In this document: piece by piece, positions 1 through 9,025 of the stretch | Position numbering within the stretch: position 1 is the first letter of the stretch | Layout of the letters: each line of letters starts with the position of its first letter | Origin: Nautiliaceae bacterium | GTDB taxonomy: Bacteria > Campylobacterota > Campylobacteria > Campylobacterales > Nautiliaceae | DNA length: 38,415 nt | NCBI GenBank assembly: GCA_039831155.1 | Contig: JBDONT010000021.1 | Location: 1 to 38,415, forward strand | Direction: 5' to 3' | The notes under the pieces: generated by a model | Told to the model about the DNA's origin: nothing | The model's database searches: none | Seen by the model: only the letters and a program-made list of their open reading frames with translations | Made by a program: the position numbers and the translations under genes

Positions 1-173
1 TGTTAAAAGATATAAAGGAATTTAAAAAGTATGACGGAATAGTGTTGGCAGTGGCTCATAAAGAGTTTAAAGATTTGGAAGGAGATTTGAAAAAAGCAAA
101 AGAGGAAAAAAATATAGCTGTTTATGACGTAAAAAGTTTTTGGGATAAAACTTTAGTGGACGGGAGATTGTGA
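1..173 (+). CDS. 3' end of a UDP-N-acetylhexosamine dehydrogenase (TviB/WbpO/WecC family), partial
   Basis: Not in the ORF track. The frame from position 3 reads LKDIKEFKKYDGIVLAVAHKEFKDL...VYDVKSFWDKTLVDGRL*, with TGA at 171-173. This is the typical C-terminus of this family, and it sits directly upstream of wecB. Confidence 0.85.
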   Translation, partial: LKDIKEFKKYDGIVLAVAHKEFKDLEGDLKKAKEEKNIAVYDVKSFWDKTLVDGRL

Positions 174-195
174 TAAGTATAGGAAAGGTTGAAAA

Positions 196-1332
196 GTGAA
201 AAAAATGTTATTTGTATTTGGTACTAGACCGGAAGCTATAAAAATGGCACCGGTTATTAAGAAGTTAAAAGAAACGAATATATTTGATGTAAAAATATGC
301 GTAACGGCTCAACATAGGGAAATGCTTGATGAAGTTTTAAAAATTTTTGAGATAACGCCGAATTATGATTTGAATATTATGAAAAAAAATCAAGACCTTT
401 ATGATATTACTTCAAATGTTTTATTGAATTTAAAAGATGTGTTTGATGATTTTAAACCCGATTTAATCATGGTTCACGGAGACACTACTACCACATTTAG
501 TGCGAGTTTGGCGGCTTTTTATCAAAAAATTGATATAGCCCATATAGAAGCGGGACTTAGAAGCGGAAATATTTATTCGCCATATCCCGAAGAAGCGAAT
601 AGAAAAATGACTTCCGTTTTAGCTAAATATCATTTTGCTCCTACTTTAAAAGCAAAAGAAAACTTAACAAAAGAAGGAGTAAGTGAAAAAAATATTGTCG
701 TAACCGGTAATACGGTAATTGATTCTTTACTTTGGATGGTTGAGAAAATTGAAAAAGATAGTGAGTTAAAAGAAAAAATTTTAAAACGTTTAAATTTTTC
801 TTTTGATTCTAAATTTATTTTGGTAACGGGGCATAGAAGAGAGAATTTTGGAAAAGGTTTTTTAAATATTTGCGAAGCTTTAAAGGAAATCGCTTTAAAA
901 CATAAAGATATAAATATTGTTTATCCCGTTCATTTAAATCCGAATGTTAGAGAACCGGTGAATAAAATTTTAAAGGGTATTGAAAATATAAAACTTATTG
1001 AACCTTTAAACTATTTGGAGTTTGTTTATTTAATGAGTAAAAGTTATTTAATTTTAACCGATAGCGGAGGGGTGCAAGAAGAAGCCCCTTCTCTTAACAA
1101 ACCGGTTTTGGTTATGAGAGATACCACAGAAAGACCGGAAGGAATTGAAGCCGGATGTTTAAAGTTAGTCGGAACGGATAAAGAGAAGATAATAAAAGAA
1201 GTCGAAAAACTTTTAAACGATAAAAACGAATATGATAAAATGAGTAAATGCAAAAATCCTTACGGAGATGGAAAAGCAAGTGATAGAATTGTTAAGTTTT
1301 TAAGGGATGTTTATGAAACAAACTCTTTATAA
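196..1332 (+). CDS. wecB: UDP-N-acetylglucosamine 2-epimerase (non-hydrolysing)
   Basis: Motifs FGTRPEAIKMAP, TAQHREMLD, VHGDTTT, HIEAGLRS, TDSGGVQEEAP and NPYGDG are present. Confidence 0.96.
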   Translation: MKKMLFVFGTRPEAIKMAPVIKKLKETNIFDVKICVTAQHREMLDEVLKIFEITPNYDLNIMKKNQDLYDITSNVLLNLKDVFDDFKPDLIMVHGDTTTTFSASLAAFYQKIDIAHIEAGLRSGNIYSPYPEEANRKMTSVLAKYHFAPTLKAKENLTKEGVSEKNIVVTGNTVIDSLLWMVEKIEKDSELKEKILKRLNFSFDSKFILVTGHRRENFGKGFLNICEALKEIALKHKDINIVYPVHLNPNVREPVNKILKGIENIKLIEPLNYLEFVYLMSKSYLILTDSGGVQEEAPSLNKPVLVMRDTTERPEGIEAGCLKLVGTDKEKIIKEVEKLLNDKNEYDKMSKCKNPYGDGKASDRIVKFLRDVYETNSL

Positions 1333-3064
1333 AATATATGGTTTTTTACATTCTTTGAAATATCCGTTTGTGTTAAAAGAAGCTATTTATTCTATTTTTG
1401 ATGAAAAAGTTGAGAATAATAGATTTCATATGGAATTAGCAGGCGAGTGGCTTTTGTATATGCAAAATAGTGATGGTGGATATAGTAGGAAATTTTCTTT
1501 TATTAGTGGAAGGGATAAAAGTTATATAGAAACAACAGGTTATATCATCCCAAGTTTGATAAATTTAGGAGAGCATTTAAATGAAGGAAAGTTTATAAAT
1601 TCTGCCTTAAAAGCCGGAGAGTTTTTATTAAAAGTGCAAAATAGTAATGGAAGTTTTAGTGAGATTGATACAAATAGGCCCTTTGTTTTTGATACAGGAC
1701 AGTGTCTTATAGGACTTAATTTTTTATATGAATATACAAAAGAAAATAAGTATTTAATAGCACTTAAAAAGGCTGCTAATTGGTTAAAAGATGTTCAAGA
1801 AAGCGATGGAAGTTGGGAGAGGTTTGCTTACAATCAAGAAAAACACACTTATTATTCAAGAGTAGCGGCTGCTATGTTAAAAAGTGCAAAAATTTTAGAA
1901 GATAAAGAGTTAGAAAACGCAGCTTTAAAAAATATTAAGTGGGTGTTGGATAATCAAATAGAAAACGGATTTTTTAGATATAGTTCGTTTTTGAAAGAAA
2001 AACCTCCCTTTTTACATACTTTAATGTATGTGCTTGAAGGGCTTTTAGATATATATGAGATTACAAAAGATGAGGAAGTTCTAAAAGCAGTTTTAAGAAA
2101 CAGTGAACAATTTAAAAATATTAATTTAAATAGGGATTTAATACTTTGCTCTCAATATAATGAAAAGTTTGAATGTGTAAATAAACAAAGGTGTGTTACC
2201 GGACTTGCTCAGTGGGCGGGAGTTGCTCTTAGAATTTATGATATTACAAAAGATGAAGATTATAAAGAGTGTGCGATTAATACTGTTTTTTATTTAAAGG
2301 CAAAACAATTAAAAAGTTCAGTTATGAGGGGCGGATTTAGTGCAAGTGTGCCTTTTTGGGGAAGATATGGAAGTTTTGATTTTGTAAATTGGAATAATAA
2401 GTTTTTTATTGACAGTATGCTTTTGTATGAAAGATTAAAATTACCAAAGGTAAAAGAACAAGAAAGTTTTGTAGGGAGTGCTTTTAATATTTCAAGCAGT
2501 GTGGTAACGGATGAATTAAGCTATATGGATAAAAAATATATAGAAAAACTAAAAAAAATTCTTCCAAAAAATAAAAGACTTACAGTTTTAGATGTTGGAT
2601 ATGGAAAAGGTGTAATTATAAGAGAACTTCAAAAAGAGTATCCTTTGATAGAATTTGTAGGAGTCGATCCTGTTTTTAGCGATGAAACAATTAAAAAAGG
2701 GAGTGTTTATAATCTGCCTTTTGAAGATAATGAATTTGATATAGTTTTGGTTTTTGAAGTATTACAACACACTTATTTAAAAGAAGCTTTAAAAGAAATT
2801 TATAGAGTATTAAAAAGAAATGGTAAAATTATAATAGGTGAGAGAAATCCAATTTCTTTTCTTGGATTATTAAAACCTATTTTGGAATTAAAGGGAAAGT
2901 GGATGTATCCTTTTGATTCTCCTTTTAGAGAAAAGTGGTATTTTAAAAATGAGTGGATTGATAATTTAAAAAGAGCGGGACTTGAAGTGAATGACATAGA
3001 TGTGATTGAAGGAAGTGGTAAAAAGTTTGTAAATAGGTATTATTTTATTGAAGGGAGTAAATGA
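1313..3064 (+). CDS. Fusion of an alpha/alpha-toroid (prenyltransferase/squalene-cyclase-repeat) domain and a C-terminal class I SAM methyltransferase
   Basis: QW-like repeats: QNSDGGY, QNSNGSF, QESDGSW, QIENGFF. C-terminal methyltransferase motifs: VLDVGYGKG, GVD, LPFEDNEFDIV, EIYRVLKRNG. ATG 1313 has better spacing from AAGGGA than ATG 1307. Confidence 0.8.
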   Translation: MKQTLYKIYGFLHSLKYPFVLKEAIYSIFDEKVENNRFHMELAGEWLLYMQNSDGGYSRKFSFISGRDKSYIETTGYIIPSLINLGEHLNEGKFINSALKAGEFLLKVQNSNGSFSEIDTNRPFVFDTGQCLIGLNFLYEYTKENKYLIALKKAANWLKDVQESDGSWERFAYNQEKHTYYSRVAAAMLKSAKILEDKELENAALKNIKWVLDNQIENGFFRYSSFLKEKPPFLHTLMYVLEGLLDIYEITKDEEVLKAVLRNSEQFKNINLNRDLILCSQYNEKFECVNKQRCVTGLAQWAGVALRIYDITKDEDYKECAINTVFYLKAKQLKSSVMRGGFSASVPFWGRYGSFDFVNWNNKFFIDSMLLYERLKLPKVKEQESFVGSAFNISSSVVTDELSYMDKKYIEKLKKILPKNKRLTVLDVGYGKGVIIRELQKEYPLIEFVGVDPVFSDETIKKGSVYNLPFEDNEFDIVLVFEVLQHTYLKEALKEIYRVLKRNGKIIIGERNPISFLGLLKPILELKGKWMYPFDSPFREKWYFKNEWIDNLKRAGLEVNDIDVIEGSGKKFVNRYYFIEGSK

Positions 3065-3519
3065 AAAGGGTTTTAACTTATGGAACTTTTGATATGTTTC
3101 ATATAGGTCATTTGAATTTATTAAAAAGAGCAAAAGAGTTAGGAGATTATTTGATAGTTGGTGTTTCTACCGATGGATTTAATCAAATTAAGGGTAAAAA
3201 AACTTTAATTCCTTTTAATGAAAGAAAAGATATTGTTGAGTCAATTAAATATGTTGATTTAGTAATCCCTGAAAATAACTGGGAACAGAAGATAGATGAT
3301 ATAAAAAAATATAAAGTTGATGTATTTGTTATGGGGGATGATTGGAGAGGAAAATTTGATTTTTTAAAAGATTATTGTGAAGTGATTTATTTACCAAGAA
3401 CAGAAGGTATTTCCACTACTAAACTAAAAGAGAATTTAAAATCTTTTTACAATATTGATATTGAAGGGTTAAAAAAAGCAATGGAAACAATTGAAGCTAT
3501 TTTAAAGGCAATGGAGTGA
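3061..3519 (+). CDS. tagD: Glycerol-3-phosphate cytidylyltransferase-like protein (TagD family)
   Basis: Motifs TYGTFDMFHIGH (HIGH), VGVSTD, MGDDW and RTEGISTT. Confidence 0.88.
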   Translation: MKRVLTYGTFDMFHIGHLNLLKRAKELGDYLIVGVSTDGFNQIKGKKTLIPFNERKDIVESIKYVDLVIPENNWEQKIDDIKKYKVDVFVMGDDWRGKFDFLKDYCEVIYLPRTEGISTTKLKENLKSFYNIDIEGLKKAMETIEAILKAME

Positions 3520-4211
3520 AAAGGCTAAAAGGTGAAACATTTTATCATGAATTATTGAGGAAAGTTTCTTTTTATTTAGTAAATAATTGGATATGTAAGT
3601 TTCCTGTTACTCCAAATCAAATAACTATTTTTAGGAATGTTTTAGTTTTAATTTCTTTTTATCTTTTTTTAAGACTTGATTATTGGTATATATTGGGATT
3701 TGTTTTGTTTCAATTTTATGAACTTTTAGACAGTGTTGATGGGGATTTGGCAAGATATAAGAATTTAAAGAGTAAGCTAGGAGTTTGGCTTGAAATTTTT
3801 TTTGATGCAATTATTTCACCAGTATGGGGATTATTAGGTCTTTTATTTGCTTATATTTCGTATAAAATTAGTAATGAGTGGATATATTTTATTTTTTGGG
3901 GAATAATTGGATTTAGTGTAAATTTAGAAAAAACATTTTATATACATTTTAAAGGATGTAAAAGTGAACTTGAAGAAGCAAAGCATGGGCATATTTATTT
4001 TGGAATAATAGGCAAACCTTTTAAAGAAAAAATAAAAAATTTTTTAATAATATCTAAATCATGGGAAAATCAATGGCTTATTTTTACTGGACTTATATAT
4101 GTCTTATTTAAAATTAATCTGTTTTTTTATGTTTGGATTTGGCTTATAATGTTAAATCAAATACATTGGATAAGGCTTGCGTGGTATGGATATAAAAAGA
4201 CTAAAACATAA
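3516..4211 (+). CDS. CDP-alcohol phosphotransferase family membrane protein
   Basis: TPNQIT plus the signature DSVDGDLAR...GVWLEIFFD, and several hydrophobic segments. Confidence 0.85.
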   Translation: MKRLKGETFYHELLRKVSFYLVNNWICKFPVTPNQITIFRNVLVLISFYLFLRLDYWYILGFVLFQFYELLDSVDGDLARYKNLKSKLGVWLEIFFDAIISPVWGLLGLLFAYISYKISNEWIYFIFWGIIGFSVNLEKTFYIHFKGCKSELEEAKHGHIYFGIIGKPFKEKIKNFLIISKSWENQWLIFTGLIYVLFKINLFFYVWIWLIMLNQIHWIRLAWYGYKKTKT

Positions 4212-4854
4212 GATATTAGCGATTTTGAAATATCCTTATTTTTTTAAAGAGATTATTATTTCTAATGATGTTTTTACAGGTGGGTGTGGAGTTGTATTTG
4301 TCAAAAAGGAAAAGGTTATGAAAGTAAGAATAAAAAATAGAGAAGAAGAAATTAAAAAAGAAATTGCAAAAAGAGGTTTTTTAGTTTTAAATTCCTTGGA
4401 AGAAGAAAAAGAAAAATTTGAGCATTTTAATAAAAAATTTATTTGTAAATTAGAAAATAATATTTTAACAATGCCTAGAATTAAAGGAGTTAGTTTAGAG
4501 AGTTTAATTGAAGAAGATGATTTTTTTAATTATTTTATTTTAAGTATTGAAAAATTGATTAATTCAAATAATTATCATGGAGACTTTCATCCAGGTAATA
4601 TATTAATAGATAATAAAGAGATTTATTTTATAGATTTTGAGTATAGATACAATGATTTATTAAAAAATTTAGAGTATGAAGCTGATGTTTTAAAATTTAT
4701 TTTTTATATTAAGAAATATTATACAAACTTTTATTGGGAAAATATAGAAAAATTTCGAGTAATATTTAATTTTTTTGAGAAAACAAAATTGATTAGAGCG
4801 AAAAATATAATGAAAAATTATTTAAAAGATGAAATTGATGAAATATTTGAATGA
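4186..4854 (+). CDS. Protein-kinase-like-fold small-molecule/LPS kinase (RIO/Kdo/APH/choline kinase-like)
   Basis: Catalytic loop YHGDFHPGNIL and metal-binding IDFE. ATG at 4186 is preferred over TTG at 4177. Confidence 0.75.
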   Translation: MDIKRLKHKILAILKYPYFFKEIIISNDVFTGGCGVVFVKKEKVMKVRIKNREEEIKKEIAKRGFLVLNSLEEEKEKFEHFNKKFICKLENNILTMPRIKGVSLESLIEEDDFFNYFILSIEKLINSNNYHGDFHPGNILIDNKEIYFIDFEYRYNDLLKNLEYEADVLKFIFYIKKYYTNFYWENIEKFRVIFNFFEKTKLIRAKNIMKNYLKDEIDEIFE

Positions 4855-5908
4855 TTTAGAAAATTTTGGATGTAAGTTAGTTAGAAGTGGAAATGATTTT
4901 GATTTTTTATTATTAAAAAAAGAAAATTTAGAAAAAATAAAAAAGTATCTTTTAAATAATGAATTTATTCTTTTTAAAGAAGAAGAAAAACAATTAAATT
5001 TTAAAAAGTTTGAAAATGGTATTCTTATAGATATAGATATAAATTTTGATATAGAAACAAAATTTTTTCATACTTACTTTTATGATGTTTTTATAAAAGG
5101 AGAATTAAAATTAAAATATTTTCAAAACCCATTAAAGTATAAAAATCATATTAATTGTATAAGATATATGTTTTTATTAAGAGGGTTTAACAGAAAATAT
5201 CTAAAATTTTTTTTAGAGCATAAAGATTTTATTTTAGAAAATGGTTATTGTTTAAAATATTTAACTAAATCTCCTTTTAAAAAAGAATTTGAAAGTTTTG
5301 ATGATTTCTTAAATGTTATAAAAAGAAACTGGAAGTATATGATTAAATATATAAAATTTAAATATTTAATTCGTTATGTAAAAGTTAAGTTTTTTAAAAA
5401 AAGAGGTAAAGTAATTGCTTTTATAGGAGTTGATGGGAGTGGAAAAAGTACAGTTATAAAAATCTTAAAAGAGTATTTTGGATATAAAACATTTTATTTA
5501 GGAGATAGAAGTATAAAGTTTTCAAAATTATACAAAATAAAATATTTAAAGCCGATTTCAATTTTTATTCAGTACTTTGAGAAGCTTTTTAGAGTTTTAT
5601 ATATAAAACTTTTAACATTAAAAGGGAATCACATTTTAACAGATAGATACTATTTTGAAAATAATATTAGCGGAACAAAAGGCATAATTTATAATATTCT
5701 TTATAACAAATTATTTATAAAACCTGATATTGTCGTTGTTTTGTGGGCAGATTCAGAAGAGATTTTAAAAAGAAAAAAAGAAATGAGTAAAAAAGATATA
5801 GAGAAATTTAATAAAAGTATAGATAATTTGCCTTTTAAAAATAAAGTAATAATTAAAAATGTTGATTTAGATAGTGCATTGAATCAAATATTAAAAGTGT
5901 TGAAATGA
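4829..5908 (+). CDS. Two-domain protein: nucleotidyltransferase-like N-terminus plus thymidylate-kinase-like P-loop domain
   Basis: The N-terminal SGNDFDFLL resembles the GxDxD nucleotidyltransferase motif (weak). The C-terminal half has IAFIGVDGSGKST, LTDRYY, KPDIVVVL and EILKRK. The start may be ATG 4838. Confidence 0.65.
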   Translation: MKLMKYLNDLENFGCKLVRSGNDFDFLLLKKENLEKIKKYLLNNEFILFKEEEKQLNFKKFENGILIDIDINFDIETKFFHTYFYDVFIKGELKLKYFQNPLKYKNHINCIRYMFLLRGFNRKYLKFFLEHKDFILENGYCLKYLTKSPFKKEFESFDDFLNVIKRNWKYMIKYIKFKYLIRYVKVKFFKKRGKVIAFIGVDGSGKSTVIKILKEYFGYKTFYLGDRSIKFSKLYKIKYLKPISIFIQYFEKLFRVLYIKLLTLKGNHILTDRYYFENNISGTKGIIYNILYNKLFIKPDIVVVLWADSEEILKRKKEMSKKDIEKFNKSIDNLPFKNKVIIKNVDLDSALNQILKVLK

Positions 5909-7092
5909 TTAAACTTCTTTTTTCCGCTTCAGTTATTAATATTTTAGTTATGGGGCTAAACTTTTTATTTAAAATTTTTCTTTCTTATAAATTTAGCAAA
6001 GAAGATTTAGGAGTTTTTTATACGTTTATAGATTTAATATCTGTTGGAATTATGTTTTTTGGAGGGTTTAAAGATTCTTTAATAAAAGCATTTGACGAGA
6101 TGGATTATAAGGGTGTTATTTATTGGTATGTTTTAGGGTTTTGGGGGTTGTTTGGATTGGTATTTTTAGGGGAGATTTTTTATTTTTATGTTTCAGGAAT
6201 TGAGTATAGTATTATTTATTTTGTGTTGTTTTTTGTTTTGAATGCTTTTATGGTATTTTTTTCATATTTAAATGCCGCTTTTAAGGTTTATAAAGTTATG
6301 CTTTTTGAGGGATTGGTAATGAGTTTGGGAGTAATAAGTGGTTATTTTATTTTTAATAACTTTTTTAGTGGAATAAAAGTATTATTTTTTTCGTTTTTGT
6401 TTTCATATTTAGCAAGAATAAGCTTTATATTGCTATTTTCAAATATAAAATTAAATATTAAAAAAGTGGAATTTAATAAAGTTAAGCAGTTTTTTAAGAA
6501 TACTATTTTAAGTTCGCTTATGTATTTTTTTAGTGGTCTTTTTATTTCTGTGGCTTCTTTAATTATTCTTAAAGTGTTTAATGATAAAGATTTTTTAGCG
6601 GAGTATCAGGTAGTAATCAGAAGTTTGTTTTTCTCTCTTGTAGCTATTTTTGTATTTCCTATAAATACTTTTACTTTTCCTGAAATTTCAAAACTTATTT
6701 CAAATAAAAAATTTGATGAGGTTAGGAGGATTGAGAGCAAATTTTTAAAATATTTAGTAGTTTTTCTTATAATAATATTATTTTCAATGTTTTTTACAAA
6801 ATATATTATCTCTTTTGTTTTTCCAAAAGAGTATAAAGAAGCCTATATTTATGTTAATGTAATGCTTCCATTTTTGCCTTTTATTGCTTATACCACTTTT
6901 GCACTAAATATCTTAAAAGGGTTTAATAGGTTTGAGTTATCGTTATATGTTAGAATTATAGGAAGTTTAAGTTTTTTTGTAGGAATTTTATTATTTTATA
7001 GTTTTGGGGCAAAAAGTATTGTTTATGCTATGGATTTTGCGTTTTTGACAATGGCTTTAATGGCTTATTATTTTAAAAGGAAACTATTATGA
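5905..7092 (+). CDS. Wzx/MOP-type oligosaccharide flippase
   Basis: About 395 aa with about 12 hydrophobic segments. FSKEDLGVF and TFTFPEISK match the pattern of polysaccharide flippases, and the gene lies in a glycan locus. Confidence 0.75.
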   Translation: MIKLLFSASVINILVMGLNFLFKIFLSYKFSKEDLGVFYTFIDLISVGIMFFGGFKDSLIKAFDEMDYKGVIYWYVLGFWGLFGLVFLGEIFYFYVSGIEYSIIYFVLFFVLNAFMVFFSYLNAAFKVYKVMLFEGLVMSLGVISGYFIFNNFFSGIKVLFFSFLFSYLARISFILLFSNIKLNIKKVEFNKVKQFFKNTILSSLMYFFSGLFISVASLIILKVFNDKDFLAEYQVVIRSLFFSLVAIFVFPINTFTFPEISKLISNKKFDEVRRIESKFLKYLVVFLIIILFSMFFTKYIISFVFPKEYKEAYIYVNVMLPFLPFIAYTTFALNILKGFNRFELSLYVRIIGSLSFFVGILLFYSFGAKSIVYAMDFAFLTMALMAYYFKRKLL

Positions 7093-8141
7093 ATATACTT
7101 TTTATTCCTCATGTGCCAAATTTAAAAGTGGTAAACAGAGTTTATGAATTTGCTAAAAATTTAGATAGTTATTTTTTATATTGGGAGGTAGATAATTCAA
7201 GTTTAAAAAATAAAGTTATTTCACAAATAAAATCTTTTAAATTTTCTCAAAATGAAAAGATTGTTCAAATTCCGCTTTTATTCAAACCAGAAAATATAGC
7301 AGTTAAATTTAATACATTTAGTTTAAATAGATTAATTGATAAATTAAAAATAGATGTAGTTGTTAATGCAAATGCCTTGCTTTTTGATATAAAATCCATA
7401 AAAGTTCCTGTAATTTATGATTTAGTAGATGATCATTTGGAAATAAATGAGAGTATTGGGCTTAATGAAAAAAGAGTAGAAAAAATTAAAGAAGATATTA
7501 AAAATTCAAGAGGTGTTGTTTGTGTAAGCGAATTTTTGGAAAAAAAGCTAAAATCAGTTAATTCAAATACCATAACTATTGAAAACGGCTTGTATTTTGA
7601 AAAGTTTGATAAAGCAAAAAGTTTGAAAAAAGAGCTTAATTTAGAAAATAAAAAAGTGTTTGGTTATATTGGAGGAGTGGATGAATGGACAGGAATTGAC
7701 AGGGCAATTGAAAATTATATGAAGATAAAAAATAAAAATACCGAATTTTTAATTGTAGGTGATAGCAATAGTAATTTTTTTAAAAATTTAAAAGAAAAAT
7801 ATAAAAATGAAGTAATGTTTATTGGAAGAGTAAGTCCTGAAAAAGTAGCAAATTATTTTAAAACGATTGATATAGGGCTTATACCTTTTAAATTAAATGA
7901 TTTTACAAATAACGCTTTGCCTATTAAAGCTCTTGAATACGGATATGCTAAAAAGCCTGTTATTTCAACCCCGCTTAAATATTTAAAATATAAAAACTTT
8001 CCTTTTATAAAGTTTTGTGAAATTGATGAATTTTATAAGTGTATGCAAAAAGATTTAGAATATAAAAAGTTTGATTTTAGCGGATACTCTTGGAAGAGTT
8101 TGAGTAAAAAGATGTTAGATTTTATTAAGGAGTGTTTATGA
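7089..8141 (+). CDS. Glycosyltransferase, GT-B fold (GT4-like)
   Basis: Motifs IYDLVDD, IENG, FGYIGG, DIGLIPF and PIKALEYGYAKKPVIST. Confidence 0.85.
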   Translation: MNILFIPHVPNLKVVNRVYEFAKNLDSYFLYWEVDNSSLKNKVISQIKSFKFSQNEKIVQIPLLFKPENIAVKFNTFSLNRLIDKLKIDVVVNANALLFDIKSIKVPVIYDLVDDHLEINESIGLNEKRVEKIKEDIKNSRGVVCVSEFLEKKLKSVNSNTITIENGLYFEKFDKAKSLKKELNLENKKVFGYIGGVDEWTGIDRAIENYMKIKNKNTEFLIVGDSNSNFFKNLKEKYKNEVMFIGRVSPEKVANYFKTIDIGLIPFKLNDFTNNALPIKALEYGYAKKPVISTPLKYLKYKNFPFIKFCEIDEFYKCMQKDLEYKKFDFSGYSWKSLSKKMLDFIKECL

Positions 8142-9025
8142 AAATATTAGTCTTTCACTCCTGGGGAATGGGTGATATGATAATGGCAACCCCTATGCTT
8201 AAAAGTTTGGCTATTAGCGGATATAAAGTGGATTTGGTAACTACAAGTGAGATAAACAGAAAAATTTTAAAAGGTAATAATTTTTTAGAAAATATATATG
8301 TAATTGATAAAATGTGGAAGATGATGAGGTTTTTTGGAAAGTATGATTATTTGGCGGCAACTGCCGGAATTAATCCTAAAAAAATAAAATTTTTAGGAAA
8401 ATTCATTGGAGTAAAGAAAGTTTTTTGTGGGGAACAGCAAAAAGATATTCATAGAATTGAGATGAACTTAAAAATAGTTGAACCTCTTTTGAAAAAAATA
8501 GATAAAGAACCATATATTTATATTAACAATAATCAAGAAGTATTAAAAAAATATTTAAAACCAACTAAAAATATTGGATTTGCAGTAGGAAGCGGAAGTC
8601 GTCAAAAATTTAAAAGATGGCCTTACTTTAAAGAGTTGATACAAAAAATTGATGGAAATAAATTAATTTTTATAGGACCAGATGAGATTGAGCTTGAAGA
8701 GAAATTTAAAGATTTAGGAGTTATTGTAAAAGAGAATATTGAAGATACAATTAATCTGATTTCAAACCTTGATTTATTGATAGGTAATGATAATGGGCTA
8801 ATGCATATAGGATATGCCACAAAAATAAATACCGTTACAATTTATGGAATGACAAACGAAAAAGAGACGGGAGGTTATAGGGAAAATAATGAGAGTGTTT
8901 TTTTAGATTTGGAGTGTAGACCTTGTTTTGACCCGGCAACCGATTATGTTGGATGTGATGATTTTAAATGTTTAAAAGACTTAAAAGTTGAGGAGGTTTA
9001 TAAAAGATGCCAAAAATTTCTATAA
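8138..9025 (+). CDS. Glycosyltransferase family 9 (ADP-heptose heptosyltransferase-like)
   Basis: GMGDMIMATPML, KRWP, LLIGNDNGLMHIG and a C-terminal CRPC...C...C. Confidence 0.85.
   Translation: MKILVFHSWGMGDMIMATPMLKSLAISGYKVDLVTTSEINRKILKGNNFLENIYVIDKMWKMMRFFGKYDYLAATAGINPKKIKFLGKFIGVKKVFCGEQQKDIHRIEMNLKIVEPLLKKIDKEPYIYINNNQEVLKKYLKPTKNIGFAVGSGSRQKFKRWPYFKELIQKIDGNKLIFIGPDEIELEEKFKDLGVIVKENIEDTINLISNLDLLIGNDNGLMHIGYATKINTVTIYGMTNEKETGGYRENNESVFLDLECRPCFDPATDYVGCDDFKCLKDLKVEEVYKRCQKFL

Noticed and set aside
1313-2450. Squalene-hopene cyclase or terpene biosynthesis call
   Set aside because: There is only one toroid-sized domain, no DXDD motif and no isoprenoid genes nearby; the context is glycan synthesis.
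5395-5908. Housekeeping thymidylate kinase (tmk)
   Set aside because: It is fused to a long unrelated N-terminus, is divergent, and is embedded in the glycan cassette.
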